Positions 50,183 through 60,023 are shown, numbered from the stretch's first letter. The stretch is 64,000 nt of DNA from an uncultured Candidatus Saccharibacteria bacterium (GCA_964364265.1 CAYILA010000003.1:19959-83958); one strand, 5' to 3'. Notes: generated from the sequence alone by a model not told the origin. Translations and numbers: made by a program.

Positions 50183-50901
50183 ATGATATCATTTTTCGTT
50201 ATTTGTTTTGTCCGGCCGCTTTTAAGATTTAATTTTGAAAGTTCTAATTTACCGATTCTGATTCTGACCAATTTAGCCACGGATAGTCCGATTTTACCAC
50301 ACATCTTCCTAATCTGTCGATTGTGGCCGGTGTGAAGAACCACATTAAAAATGACATATTTTTGACCGTTTTTGGTCTTCATGCGAAAGCTATCAACACT
50401 ATCGGCTTTCATCAGCTTTTTTTCAATCAATAAACCTCCGGTCATCCTGCCTTTGATTTTGTCAAATTCGACTTTCTCGCCTCGGTCAATCCAAACTTCG
50501 TACTCTTTTTCATGTTGAAATGAGGGATGGGATAATTTTTGGGCCAGATCGCCGTCGTTGGTCAGAATAATCAGGCCTTCCGAATCCTCATCCAATCTTC
50601 CAATCGGGTACAGACGAACACTCTCTGGACCAAAATCGGTTACCTTTTTCCTTCCTTTTTCATCGATCGCCGCCGAAATCACTCCGGTCGGTTTATTTAA
50701 TACGATATAAACTTTCTCTTGATCGAATTCCACTGGTTTATTATTGTAATAGACCTTGTCAGTATCGCCAATGCAATCTCCCGGATCGGCAATTTTTTCG
50801 TTGATTTTAATCTTCCCAGCCAAAACCAGTTCGTCGGCTTTGCGCCGCGAACAAATCCCCGCTTCTGCGAGATATTTATTGATTCTTATCTTCTTAATCA
50901 T
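50179..50901 (-). CDS. Pseudouridine synthase, RsuA/RluB family (S4 + PSI)
   Basis: S4 domain N-terminus and catalytic GRLDEDSEGL. Confidence 0.85.
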   Translation of the reverse strand: MIKKIRINKYLAEAGICSRRKADELVLAGKIKINEKIADPGDCIGDTDKVYYNNKPVEFDQEKVYIVLNKPTGVISAAIDEKGRKKVTDFGPESVRLYPIGRLDEDSEGLIILTNDGDLAQKLSHPSFQHEKEYEVWIDRGEKVEFDKIKGRMTGGLLIEKKLMKADSVDSFRMKTKNGQKYVIFNVVLHTGHNRQIRKMCGKIGLSVAKLVRIRIGKLELSKLNLKSGRTKQITKNDII

Positions 50902-52327
50902 TTGTTTCGGTATCGGCAGTTTTTAACTCTTTACCTTCGGCTTCTTTTGCAAGTCGGATATGAACATCGGCTAATTGCTTTTCTGATACCAAAGACGGAG
51001 CGCCCATCGTTAAATCTTTTGCGTCTCCCGTTTTCGGGAAAGCCATCACTTCGCGGATAACATCTTCGCCTGCCAGTATCGCCGCCAATCGATCAATTCC
51101 CGGCGCGATCCCGCCGTGCGGCGGGGCGCCGTATTCAAACGCCTCCAACATATGGCCGAATCTTCTTCTCTTCTCGTCCTCTGTTACACCAAGCAACTCA
51201 AATATCTTATCCTGAATATCTCTTTTGTGGATTCTGATCGAACCGCCAGCGATTTCATATCCATTCAACACGAGATCGTAACAGTAAGCTTTGACATCTC
51301 TCGGATTGGAATCCAATTTATCTAAATCCTCTTTTTGAGGCATCGTAAAGGGATGGTGAGTTGAAACCAATTTTTTATCGGTCTCTGAATATTTAAATAA
51401 TGGCGCATCAATGATCCAGACAAAAGCCAACTCATTCTTGTCATCCTTGTTTTCGCGCAAGTCCGGCTTGTCGGAGTGATATTTTTCCATCGATTCGGCA
51501 TAAGTCATTCGATGAAACGGTTTGCTTTTAATCTTTTTCTCCGGAAAAACCTTTTCCACCAGGCCCGTCATCATCTCCTCAACCAATGAAAGAATATCTT
51601 CCTGTTCAACGAAACTCATCTCTATATCAAGCTGAGTAAATTCCGGCTGGCGGTCGCCGCGCTGATCCTCGTCCCTAAAACACCGCACAATCTGGTAATA
51701 ACGCTCTATCCCGCCAACCATTAGGAGTTGTTTAAACTGCTGGGGACTTTGTGGTAAAACATAGAAATTGCCCGGGTATAACCGTGAAGGAACGATGTAT
51801 TCTCTGGCCCCCTCCGGTGTCGACTTTGTCAAGTACGGCGTTTCAATCTCTCTAAAATTCTTGTCGTTTAAATAATCGCGAAAATATTTAATAATTTCGT
51901 GCCGTAGAGTAATATTTCTAGTTAATCTCTCGCTTCTCAAGTCTAAATAACGATATTTCAAGCGAAGTTCTTCATCAACTCCGCCGGTATCCTTGTCAAT
52001 TTCAAAAGGTGGTGTCTTGGCTTGGTTCAACACTTCGATATCAATCGCCTCCATCTCAACTTTTCCAGTCGCAATGCTCTCATTGGTAAGATTTTCCGGT
52101 CTTGCTTTGATTTTGCCAATTATTGACAATACCCATTCCGGACGAAGGTCGGTTACCTTTTCATATGCCAAAGATCCCGGCACCATCACCACCTGCAAAA
52201 GGCCCGACATATCGCGAAGATCGATAAAGACAATTTTGCCGTGGTCCCGTCTTTTGTGAACCCAACCGGATATCTTTACCGTTTTGCCGACTTCTGCTAT
52301 TGTTTTTGAAATAAGTGTTCTTTCCAT
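50894..52327 (-). CDS. aspS: Aspartyl-tRNA synthetase (short, archaeal/ND-type architecture)
   Basis: OB anticodon-binding N-terminus. Class II motif 2 FRDEDQRGDRQPEFTQLDIE and motif 3 GGIAPGIDRL. 477 aa, no GAD insertion. Confidence 0.9.
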   Translation of the reverse strand: MERTLISKTIAEVGKTVKISGWVHKRRDHGKIVFIDLRDMSGLLQVVMVPGSLAYEKVTDLRPEWVLSIIGKIKARPENLTNESIATGKVEMEAIDIEVLNQAKTPPFEIDKDTGGVDEELRLKYRYLDLRSERLTRNITLRHEIIKYFRDYLNDKNFREIETPYLTKSTPEGAREYIVPSRLYPGNFYVLPQSPQQFKQLLMVGGIERYYQIVRCFRDEDQRGDRQPEFTQLDIEMSFVEQEDILSLVEEMMTGLVEKVFPEKKIKSKPFHRMTYAESMEKYHSDKPDLRENKDDKNELAFVWIIDAPLFKYSETDKKLVSTHHPFTMPQKEDLDKLDSNPRDVKAYCYDLVLNGYEIAGGSIRIHKRDIQDKIFELLGVTEDEKRRRFGHMLEAFEYGAPPHGGIAPGIDRLAAILAGEDVIREVMAFPKTGDAKDLTMGAPSLVSEKQLADVHIRLAKEAEGKELKTADTETND

Positions 52328-52340
52328 ATTGCTCGCTTTC

Positions 52341-54569
52341 TTAAGAATCCCTTAATTTTGCGCTGTATTGATTTTCAATTTTACTAATTATTTTTGAAAT
52401 AGTCTCATCCGCTTCCACATCGGTCAAGGTCTTTTCCATATCCTGCAGATAAATATGGTAGGCAAGATTTTTCTTACCGGCTCCCAATTTATCTGAAGCA
52501 TATTCGTCAAACAATTCTACTCTGTTTATCTTATCCGAAATCTCCAGAATGGAACCGGATATTTCAGATGGATTTGTATTGGTGTCAACAACAAACGCCA
52601 AATCGCGCGCTACCACCGGATACTTGGAAACCGGTTTGTAATGGTATTCCTTATCATCCAGCCGCAACTCCAAATCATCTTCATTGTCCAAATCGGCTAA
52701 TGAGATTTCAATCGCATAAACAACCGGCTTCCTGATCTTCAACAAAAGCAACTCGCCCCCTTTCAATTCCTTGATTTCGATATTTTCATCATTTTGAATC
52801 TGTGATAACTTCGCGTGAATGTTATCGATTTCTTTTCTGGCATCTTTGCCGGTAGATACGACCGCCAAATTGGTTCGCTCTTTTTCTTCATTAAACACAT
52901 TTCCAATTTCAAATAGTAATATTGGATCGAAAAGACCGTTTTTTGCGACATTTTTCAAAAGGGACGGAATCAATGAATCGCGCAGATATTTGTTTTCATG
53001 TTGAATCGGATTGGCAACCTCGAGCAAATTGTCGGTATTCATATTTTCTGTTTTTATATCCTTTTCAGACAGGAAAGAATAATTCTTAACTTCGGAAAAT
53101 CCCAGATCGGAGATCATGTCTTTCAACCTTTCCTTCTGGTAGTAAATTGATTTTTGCGGCTTTTCCGCTTCGGGAAGTTCTAATCTTTTTAAATTATCGA
53201 TTCCATAAATTCTCTCAACCTCCTCTGCCAAATCCTGCCAGACGGTAATATCGTGTCGCCATGAAGGAATTTTGGCTTCCGCTCCTTCTATTTTAAAACC
53301 GAGGTATTTCAAGGTTGAATTGATATCATCCTCCGATAGATTCAAATCAAGGAGTTGGTTAATTTTTTGATATGGAATGTTTATCTGTCTTTCGATATCT
53401 TTTTCGCCGCTGTACGCAAAACCCAAATCGTCTCCGGCGGCAATTTCAATAATCATCTTGGCCGCTTTAACAAGCGCATTTTTAACCATCGCCGAATCAA
53501 TTCCTCTCTCAAATCGGTAGCTGGCATCGGAAACAATATTATGAGTTTTGGCTATTTTTCTAATTACAGACGAACTAAATTCTGCCGCCTCCAATATGAT
53601 GTTTTTCGTTGTTTCGGTTACGCCTGTATCTTGACCGCCCATTACTCCGGCCAGGGCCAAAGCTTTTTCCTTATCGGCAATTAACAGATCATTTTCTTGA
53701 AGTTTAATATTTTTACCGTCCAATAGCATAATACTTTCACCATCGCGGGAATCCCTAATCGTAATGGTATGACCGGAAACTTTATCGGCATCGAAAGCAT
53801 GAAGCGGATGGCCGAGATCCAACATGATGTAGTTAGTGATATCAACAATATTATTAATCGGTTTGAACCCAAGGATTATAAGTCGTTTTTTAAGCCACTC
53901 CGGAGAAGGGCCGACCGAGATATTATTTATCCGGTATCCGTAATATCGTGGGCAACTTTCTTTCTTTTCGATTTCTATCTTTAGCTCTGCAGTAATTGCC
54001 GCATCTTTACCCTCGTCATTTTTAATTACTGTTTTGCTAAATCCGGCGATTTCCCGAGCTAATCCGAGATGCGACAGGCAGTCGCCACGGTTCGGAGTGA
54101 TTTCCGCCTCAATCACCATGTCGCTCTCTATGTATTTTGATAATTTCTCGCCTATTCGATAATTCTGATCTAGAATTTTAATGCCGCTTCCCTCTTCCCC
54201 CAACCCGAGTTCTTTCTCTGAACAGAGCATCCCATTTGATTTAATACCGCGTATTTCAGCCGCTTTTAAGATTTGACCGCCGATTTTAGACCCAACAAGC
54301 GCCAAAGGGACAATTTGTCCAACTTCAATATTTGGTGCGCCGCAGACAACTTCAAATTCATGGCTACCGTTTGTTACTTTCGCCAACCGTAAACGATCGG
54401 CATTTGGATGAGGGCTGATCTCCAGTATTTTGGCAATAATAATATTGTCATCCAATCCAAAGTCGGCCGATTCGATCTCCGTTCCGGTAACAGTTAACTT
54501 ATCGATCAATTCCTGATCGGATATGCTTATATCAACATAATCTTTCAGCCAGCTTTTTAAATACTTCAT
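52341..54569 (-). CDS. pheT: Phenylalanyl-tRNA synthetase beta subunit
   Basis: tRNA-binding OB N-terminus, B3/B4, B5 and a FDX-ACB-like C-terminus. Start set at the ATG (MKYLKSW). Confidence 0.9.
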   Translation of the reverse strand: MKYLKSWLKDYVDISISDQELIDKLTVTGTEIESADFGLDDNIIIAKILEISPHPNADRLRLAKVTNGSHEFEVVCGAPNIEVGQIVPLALVGSKIGGQILKAAEIRGIKSNGMLCSEKELGLGEEGSGIKILDQNYRIGEKLSKYIESDMVIEAEITPNRGDCLSHLGLAREIAGFSKTVIKNDEGKDAAITAELKIEIEKKESCPRYYGYRINNISVGPSPEWLKKRLIILGFKPINNIVDITNYIMLDLGHPLHAFDADKVSGHTITIRDSRDGESIMLLDGKNIKLQENDLLIADKEKALALAGVMGGQDTGVTETTKNIILEAAEFSSSVIRKIAKTHNIVSDASYRFERGIDSAMVKNALVKAAKMIIEIAAGDDLGFAYSGEKDIERQINIPYQKINQLLDLNLSEDDINSTLKYLGFKIEGAEAKIPSWRHDITVWQDLAEEVERIYGIDNLKRLELPEAEKPQKSIYYQKERLKDMISDLGFSEVKNYSFLSEKDIKTENMNTDNLLEVANPIQHENKYLRDSLIPSLLKNVAKNGLFDPILLFEIGNVFNEEKERTNLAVVSTGKDARKEIDNIHAKLSQIQNDENIEIKELKGGELLLLKIRKPVVYAIEISLADLDNEDDLELRLDDKEYHYKPVSKYPVVARDLAFVVDTNTNPSEISGSILEISDKINRVELFDEYASDKLGAGKKNLAYHIYLQDMEKTLTDVEADETISKIISKIENQYSAKLRDS

Positions 54570-54624
54570 AAGTTTCCCAACTACTACCAATTTACAGATT
54601 TATCCTGTCTGCCGACAGTCAAGC

Positions 54625-54716
54625 GAAATTACGAATCCTACAAATATCAGCGCTAACGAAAGTCAAACCATTCGTATTTTCGTATTTTCGAATTATTCGT
54701 AAATTCGTAGTATTTC
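54625..54716 (+). repeat. TTCGTAATTT-type spacer repeats (pheS-pheT spacer)
   Basis: GAAATTACGAAT (inverted copy), then ATTCGTATTTTCGTATTTTCGAATTATTCGTAAATTCGTAG. Confidence 0.35.
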
Positions 54717-54718
54717 GG

Positions 54719-55402
54719 TTACTTAAATTGTTTTAAGAATCGAAGATCCCCGCTTCTAAATAACCTGATTTCGTCGATATCGTATTTTAACATCGTCAGC
54801 CGGTCAATTCCCATACCCAGAGCGAATCCGGAATATTGGTCGGGGTCAATTTTCATATTTGAAAGAACCTTCGGATAGACCATGCCCGAACCCAAAACTT
54901 CCATCCATTTACCATTGAATTTAATGTCGACATCAATCCCCGGCTCGACAAAAGGATAATGATGGGGGCGGTAGCGAAGTTCAATATTATCGCCGTACAT
55001 TTTCATCAAAAATTTCTCAATCGTCCAAAGAAGATGCCCGACTTTGACATCCTTATCTATATAGAGGGCTTCCAATTGGTACAGTGTTGTCTCATGTTTG
55101 GCGTCTGTCGCTTCATTCCGATAGCAAACTCCCGGCACAATTACCCGAATCGGTGGAGTCTTGTTTTCGCCGTACCGAACTTGTAAATTAGAAGTATGCG
55201 TCCTTAGGACTCTGCCGTCTTTCAGCCAAAAAGTGTCCTGAACATCTCTGGCCGGATGGTCTGAAGGGATGTTTAGTGCATCAAAATTGTACCATTCGGT
55301 ATCTACTTCCGGACCTTCATAGACATAAAAACCAAGTTCCTCAAATATTTTTACCGCTTGGCGCAGATATATTGTAATTGGATGCAGATTACCTTTATTC
55401 AT
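54719..55402 (-). CDS. pheS: Phenylalanyl-tRNA synthetase alpha subunit (catalytic core only, 227 aa)
   Basis: Class II core (HPARD, FRNE, GLGIDRL) with no N-terminal coiled-coil region. Confidence 0.85.
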   Translation of the reverse strand: MNKGNLHPITIYLRQAVKIFEELGFYVYEGPEVDTEWYNFDALNIPSDHPARDVQDTFWLKDGRVLRTHTSNLQVRYGENKTPPIRVIVPGVCYRNEATDAKHETTLYQLEALYIDKDVKVGHLLWTIEKFLMKMYGDNIELRYRPHHYPFVEPGIDVDIKFNGKWMEVLGSGMVYPKVLSNMKIDPDQYSGFALGMGIDRLTMLKYDIDEIRLFRSGDLRFLKQFK

Positions 55403-55796
55403 TTTTTTTTGATCTTTTAGAAATACCCTTCTTTTTTGTTTGGAAAAAAAGTTCCAACAAAGTCACGACTACTACTACCGATATGCCAATCCACCAATCC
55501 AGAACCCGAAAACCTCGTAGGGCGAACATGGCGGTCAGGGCGAAGGAAAATATCATGCCCTGCCTAACAGACGGCCAAAAATATGAATAGATTAGTTTGT
55601 CGGCTTTCGCTTTGATCTTTAAGTAATAGATACCGATCGCCGCAATCCCACCGAATGTCAGAAACATAGAAATATAGAAATTAATAAAGACGGCGGAACC
55701 GGATTGGTACGGATTATTATTAAAAACGTCTAAGACCAGCGAGGCAAAAGCGAATAAGGTAATGGTAAACAAAAAAAATAAATTTCTCTTCAGCAT
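55395..55796 (-). CDS. Hypothetical 4-TM membrane protein
   Basis: Hydrophobic 133 aa ORF between rbfA and pheS. Confidence 0.35.
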   Translation of the reverse strand: MLKRNLFFLFTITLFAFASLVLDVFNNNPYQSGSAVFINFYISMFLTFGGIAAIGIYYLKIKAKADKLIYSYFWPSVRQGMIFSFALTAMFALRGFRVLDWWIGISVVVVVTLLELFFQTKKKGISKRSKKNE

Positions 55797-56137
55797 TATT
55801 TTTTCTCTTTATGAATTTCCTCAATCAAACTCTCTATCTTACTGGCGTATTCCGGCGAATTATCAAGATAAAATCGGATTTTGGGGTGTTTTCGTAATTC
55901 TAATTTCTTTGATAATTCCTTCGTCATTGCTGGACCCTCTCTCTGACATTCAATAATCGTCATTTCGGGATTGTTCAGAGCCGATATCCAAACCTTGGCG
56001 AAGCCGAGATCCTTTGACACTTCGACATTTGTGACAGTTATTATCTGGTCAGCAAATAATTTCAACAGTAATTTTGAAATCTCATGGCCTACCAACTCAT
56101 CGACTTTTTCCATCCTATCACTCATATTACTTTGCAA
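55796..56137 (-). CDS. rbfA: Ribosome-binding factor A
   Basis: KH-like RbfA pattern (...ITVTNVEVSKDLGFAKVWIS...). Confidence 0.8.
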   Translation of the reverse strand: MQSNMSDRMEKVDELVGHEISKLLLKLFADQIITVTNVEVSKDLGFAKVWISALNNPEMTIIECQREGPAMTKELSKKLELRKHPKIRFYLDNSPEYASKIESLIEEIHKEKK

Positions 56138-56167
56138 TTATATCAGAAATATTAACGATTAGCCACA

Positions 56168-56204
56168 TAAAAACCCGATTCCGAAATGATGAATCGGGTT
56201 TTTA
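56168..56204 (-). terminator. Rho-independent terminator after rplM-rpsI
   Basis: AACCCGATTC...GAATCGGGTT 10-bp stem flanked by an A-run and a T-run. Confidence 0.6.
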
Positions 56205-56259
56205 TTATATAGTTAAGATATTTAGCGCTTTGCCAATCCTAGCTTGGCTTTGAAAACGC

Positions 56260-56640
56260 TTAGCGTTTTGCCCATTGAGGCGCTCGTCTGGCGCGCTTCA
56301 GACCTGGTTTCTTCCGCTCTTTTTCCCGCGGATCGCGGGTTAGAAATCCGGCTTTTTTTAAAGTCAATCGGTATTCAGGATCAAACGCCTCAAGAGCTCT
56401 GGCAATACCATGTCTGATGGCCTCCAGCTGGCTTTCCTTGCCACCACCTTTGACTCTAATCGATACTCCGAATATGCCTTTCTTACCAACTAATTCCAGG
56501 GGATAGATGATATTAGCCGGAAGTTCCGTTTCTTTGTCGTTGACGGTAATTTTATTGGGATCTTTGAAAATTCGAACAGTGGCTACCGCCGTTTTTCTTC
56601 GTCCGGTACCGTACCAATATTTTTTTACTTCTTTTTCCAT
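56260..56640 (-). CDS. rpsI: 30S ribosomal protein S9
   Basis: GGGKESQLEAIRHGIARAL and C-terminal ...KKPGLKRARRAPQWAKR. Confidence 0.95.
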   Translation of the reverse strand: MEKEVKKYWYGTGRRKTAVATVRIFKDPNKITVNDKETELPANIIYPLELVGKKGIFGVSIRVKGGGKESQLEAIRHGIARALEAFDPEYRLTLKKAGFLTRDPREKERKKPGLKRARRAPQWAKR

Positions 56641-57056
56641 TATTTTTTCTCGATATTTACAAATTTAACATTTTGATGCGGATGGGAAGGACCGGAATAA
56701 ATTTTTAAACGGGAAGTAACCGCATCCCGCAGTTTATTCTTTGGAATCATCCCGTAAACCGCTTTTTTAATAATCTCTTCGGGATGATACTCTCTCATCT
56801 GTTTGAAAGTTGATTTCTTAAGATTTCCGATATAACCGGTGTGCTTGTAATAAACTTTCTGATCCTCTTTTTTACCGGTAACTTTTACCTTTTTGGCATT
56901 AATTACTACCACCATGTTGCCGTTGTCTTTATTCTTGGCAAAATCGGTTGAAAGCTTGCCACGCAAAGAATCGGCGATCTTTGTTGAGATCCGGCCCAAT
57001 ATTTCGCCTTCGGCGTCGTACAAATACCAACTTTTATTATTTTCCTTGTTTGTCAT
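56640..57056 (-). CDS. rplM: 50S ribosomal protein L13
   Basis: WYLYDAEGEILGR N-terminus, typical of L13. Confidence 0.95.
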   Translation of the reverse strand: MTNKENNKSWYLYDAEGEILGRISTKIADSLRGKLSTDFAKNKDNGNMVVVINAKKVKVTGKKEDQKVYYKHTGYIGNLKKSTFKQMREYHPEEIIKKAVYGMIPKNKLRDAVTSRLKIYSGPSHPHQNVKFVNIEKK

Positions 57057-57516
57057 TCTTGGCTTTCTTGGGCTCTTTTATCATCACATCGACATCTTTG
57101 GTTTTCTTTGTGTCTTTTGTTTCATTCTTATCCTCAACTTTTTCACTCTCCCCCTCTTCTTTAGTCACGAAAACCTTTTTATCAACCAACTCAATCCGAA
57201 CCATTCGGCTATTGTCACCCAGACGATTTTTAAGGTGATAACTTCTTGCAAAACCGCTTTTGCGACCGGCATATCTTGGAACCAACTCTTCAATTACTTT
57301 CTTTACCGCACTTTTATCAAGTAAAATTCCTTCAAGATTTCGGCGGACTGCAAGATCGGCCTTTTTGCTTCTGGCAATAATCCGGTCAAATTGAGATTTC
57401 AAGACTTTTGATTTTGCTTTTGTGGTATCAACTTTTTCATACAATACCAAGGAGGTAAGAATATTTCTTACCATTAATCGTCTATGATCGGCTTTTCGGC
57501 TTAAATTCTTACTCAT
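57037..57516 (-). CDS. rplQ: 50S ribosomal protein L17 with K/E-rich C-terminal extension
   Basis: HRRLMVRNILTSLVLYEKVDTTKAKSK L17 core. Confidence 0.9.
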   Translation of the reverse strand: MSKNLSRKADHRRLMVRNILTSLVLYEKVDTTKAKSKVLKSQFDRIIARSKKADLAVRRNLEGILLDKSAVKKVIEELVPRYAGRKSGFARSYHLKNRLGDNSRMVRIELVDKKVFVTKEEGESEKVEDKNETKDTKKTKDVDVMIKEPKKAKNDKQGK

Positions 57517-58462
57517 ATCTTGATATTACGTCGGCAATTTCAGTGATTCCCTTTTTGCCTAATCCTTTAATCTCTTCAATCTTTAGGGGCGACATTCTTT
57601 TTAAACCGGCAATCGTTTTAATACCGGCATTCAAAAGCGCATTAGTTGTTCTCTGCGAGAAACCGGCTTCTTCTATCTTTACTTTGCTTTCGCCCAGTTG
57701 TTCCTTATCCTCATCCTCTATTAATTTCAGAACCTCCGGGGTCTCAACAATTTCAGATACCTTTTCAGTCAACGATGGATTAAAGCTTGGGTCCGAGATA
57801 ATCGCTTCAAAGTGGTCAACCAAAACTCTTGATGCCTCTTTAATGGCATCTTGCGCGGTAATCGTGCCGTCCGTCGTAATTTCCATGGTGATCTTATCAA
57901 AGTTTGTCATTTGTCCGACACGTGTGTTTTCAATTAAAAAGCTGACGCGTTCGACTGGAGAAAATGAGGCGTCAATTCCGATCCAGCCAATCTCTTTCTT
58001 GTCTTCTTTGGTGCCGGTTGGACGAAAACCTCTGTCTTTTTCAACCATCAGTTCAAGCTGAAGGCTAGCACCCTTATCAACATTGGCGATACGGGCCTCG
58101 GGATTTGAGATTTCAATCTGGCTGTTCGCTTGAAAATCAGCCGCCGTAATCTGGCAAGGCCCCTTCTTGGAAAGGGTCAGTATTACCGGTTCCTCTGAAT
58201 ATGATTTAAAATTAATGCTTTTTAAGTTCAATAGCAATTCGATCATATCCTCTTTAATACCTTTTATGGCTGAAAATTCGTGGTCTACGCCTTCAACTCT
58301 AAAATAAGTTGCGGCTGAACCGACAATAGAGGAAAGCAAAACTCTTCGAATTGCATTTCCGATGGTTGAGCCGTATCCTGGATAAAGCGGTTCGATGACG
58401 AATTTACTTTTGTTATCGCTAATGGCTGTCTCTTTAATTGTTGGCAATCCGATTTTGTCCAT
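57509..58462 (-). CDS. rpoA: DNA-directed RNA polymerase alpha subunit
   Basis: NTD dimerisation domain (EPLYPGYGSTIGNAIRRVLLSS) and a C-terminal alpha-CTD helix-hairpin-helix. Confidence 0.95.
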   Translation of the reverse strand: MDKIGLPTIKETAISDNKSKFVIEPLYPGYGSTIGNAIRRVLLSSIVGSAATYFRVEGVDHEFSAIKGIKEDMIELLLNLKSINFKSYSEEPVILTLSKKGPCQITAADFQANSQIEISNPEARIANVDKGASLQLELMVEKDRGFRPTGTKEDKKEIGWIGIDASFSPVERVSFLIENTRVGQMTNFDKITMEITTDGTITAQDAIKEASRVLVDHFEAIISDPSFNPSLTEKVSEIVETPEVLKLIEDEDKEQLGESKVKIEEAGFSQRTTNALLNAGIKTIAGLKRMSPLKIEEIKGLGKKGITEIADVISRYE

Positions 58463-58485
58463 ATAATCTCCGATCTTTAAATATT

Positions 58486-59082
58486 TTATCTTGAATAGAA
58501 CTCAATAATTAAGTTTTCATTTATTGGCGTGTCGATCTCTTCCCTGATAGGCAGGTGATTGATTTTGCCTTTCAGGTTTTTCTTGTCAAACTCCATCCAG
58601 CTCGGGCAGTGCTCGCTTTTGATTTCAAAAAAGCTTTCTTTCTTTTTCGGTTCGATTTGATCCAACTCTTTTACGGTGTACGACGGAATATTGACCTTTT
58701 TGCCGTTCAATTTGATCAATCCGTGGTTTACCATCTGTCTGGCATGCGCCCGCGAGACGGCAAAACCAAATCTGAAAACCACATTATCAAGTCGAAGCTC
58801 TAAAAGACGCATCAAATTCTCGGCCGTGTTGCCGGAAAGTTTCTCCGCTTTTGTAACATAGTTTCTAAATTGAATTTCTCTAGTGCCGTAAATTTCTTTG
58901 GCGCGTTGTTTTTCGGCTAATTGCCGGCCGTATTCACTCTTTTTGCCTCTCATTTCAGTGGGACCATGGGCACCCGGTCGGTAGGGACGTTTTACCATAG
59001 CGCATTTAGGCGAAAAGCAACGCTCGCCTTTGAGCATCAATTTTTCACCGGCGCTTCTGCATTTTTCACATGAATCCGACAT
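58486..59082 (-). CDS. rpsD: 30S ribosomal protein S4
   Basis: N-terminal zinc ribbon C..C...C..C, then the S4 domain (LDNVVFRFGFAVSRAHARQMVNHG). Start set at the ATG with a GAAGGG SD. Confidence 0.9.
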   Translation of the reverse strand: MSDSCEKCRSAGEKLMLKGERCFSPKCAMVKRPYRPGAHGPTEMRGKKSEYGRQLAEKQRAKEIYGTREIQFRNYVTKAEKLSGNTAENLMRLLELRLDNVVFRFGFAVSRAHARQMVNHGLIKLNGKKVNIPSYTVKELDQIEPKKKESFFEIKSEHCPSWMEFDKKNLKGKINHLPIREEIDTPINENLIIEFYSR

Positions 59083-59087
59083 ATTAA

Positions 59088-59516
59088 TTAGACCCTTCTT
59101 GGTTTCTTTGGACGACAACCGTTATGCGCGATTGGGGTAATATCTTTAATTGTTGAAACACTGATTTTGGCATTAATTAAGGCCCGAACTGCCGATTCCC
59201 GACCCGATCCGACACCGGAGACATAAACCTTGGCTTCCGAAAAGCCCATCGATTTTGCTTTTTCAATCGCAGCCGAGGCGGCCAGTTGGGCGGCGTATGG
59301 AGTCGATTTTTTGGTACCCTTAAATCCGATTGAACCGGCCGAAGCCCAGGAAATAACACCGCCATTATCGTCGGTTATCGAGATAATGGTATTATTGAAG
59401 GTTGACTGGATATAAATACTTCCGGAGTGAACACTTCGCTTTATTTTCTTTTTAACCCGAAGGGGGGCTTTTGGGGCAACCTTCTTCTCTTCTTTTTTGG
59501 GTGCTGCTTTTGCCAT
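59088..59516 (-). CDS. rpsK: 30S ribosomal protein S11
   Basis: [14 protein letters not shown]-type core and the C-terminal ...[13 protein letters not shown]. Confidence 0.95.
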   Translation of the reverse strand: MAKAAPKKEEKKVAPKAPLRVKKKIKRSVHSGSIYIQSTFNNTIISITDDNGGVISWASAGSIGFKGTKKSTPYAAQLAASAAIEKAKSMGFSEAKVYVSGVGSGRESAVRALINAKISVSTIKDITPIAHNGCRPKKPRRV

Positions 59517-59534
59517 AAGTTTCCAAATTCCCTA

Positions 59535-59622
59535 CTAATTTACAAATCTTTCGAAAGTACGAATATTAATGAATTAATTTGTAATTTTGTAATTTCGTTG
59601 AATTCGTACATTCGTAGTGTTT
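59535..59622 (+). repeat. TTCGTAATTT-type spacer repeats (rpsM-rpsK spacer)
   Basis: AATTTACAAATCTTTCGAAAGTACGAAT...AATTTGTAATTTTGTAATTTCGTTGAATTCGTACATTCGTAG. Confidence 0.35.
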
Positions 59623-59631
59623 AGGTTGTTT

Positions 59632-60018
59632 CTATGTCTTCTCTGCCGACGGTTTTCTTCCCGATCCGACAGTAACTTTTTTGCCTCTTTTGGTTCTGGC
59701 ATTCGTTTTTGTTCGCTGTCCTCTGGCTGGCAAATTCTTTGAGTGCCGGTGACCGCGGTAAGAACCGATTTCTTTTAATCTCTTGATATTTCCGGTTACT
59801 TCCATCCGAAGATCCCCCTCTACCCGGTATTCCGAAATGGCTGTTCTGATCTTCTCGAGTTGGGTCGTGGTCAGATCTTTTACTTTAACGGAGTGATCGA
59901 CTCCGGCTTTTTCTAAAACCTTTTTTGAGATAGAAAGTCCGATACCATAAAGATAAGTCAAAGCGATTTCAACTCTTTTTTCATCCGGTAAATTTATGTT
60001 TGCAATTCTAACTGCCAT
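59632..60018 (-). CDS. rpsM: 30S ribosomal protein S13
   Basis: [12 protein letters not shown]-terminus and a basic C-terminal tail. Confidence 0.95.
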   Translation of the reverse strand: MAVRIANINLPDEKRVEIALTYLYGIGLSISKKVLEKAGVDHSVKVKDLTTTQLEKIRTAISEYRVEGDLRMEVTGNIKRLKEIGSYRGHRHSKNLPARGQRTKTNARTKRGKKVTVGSGRKPSAEKT

Positions 60019-60023
60019 ATTGT

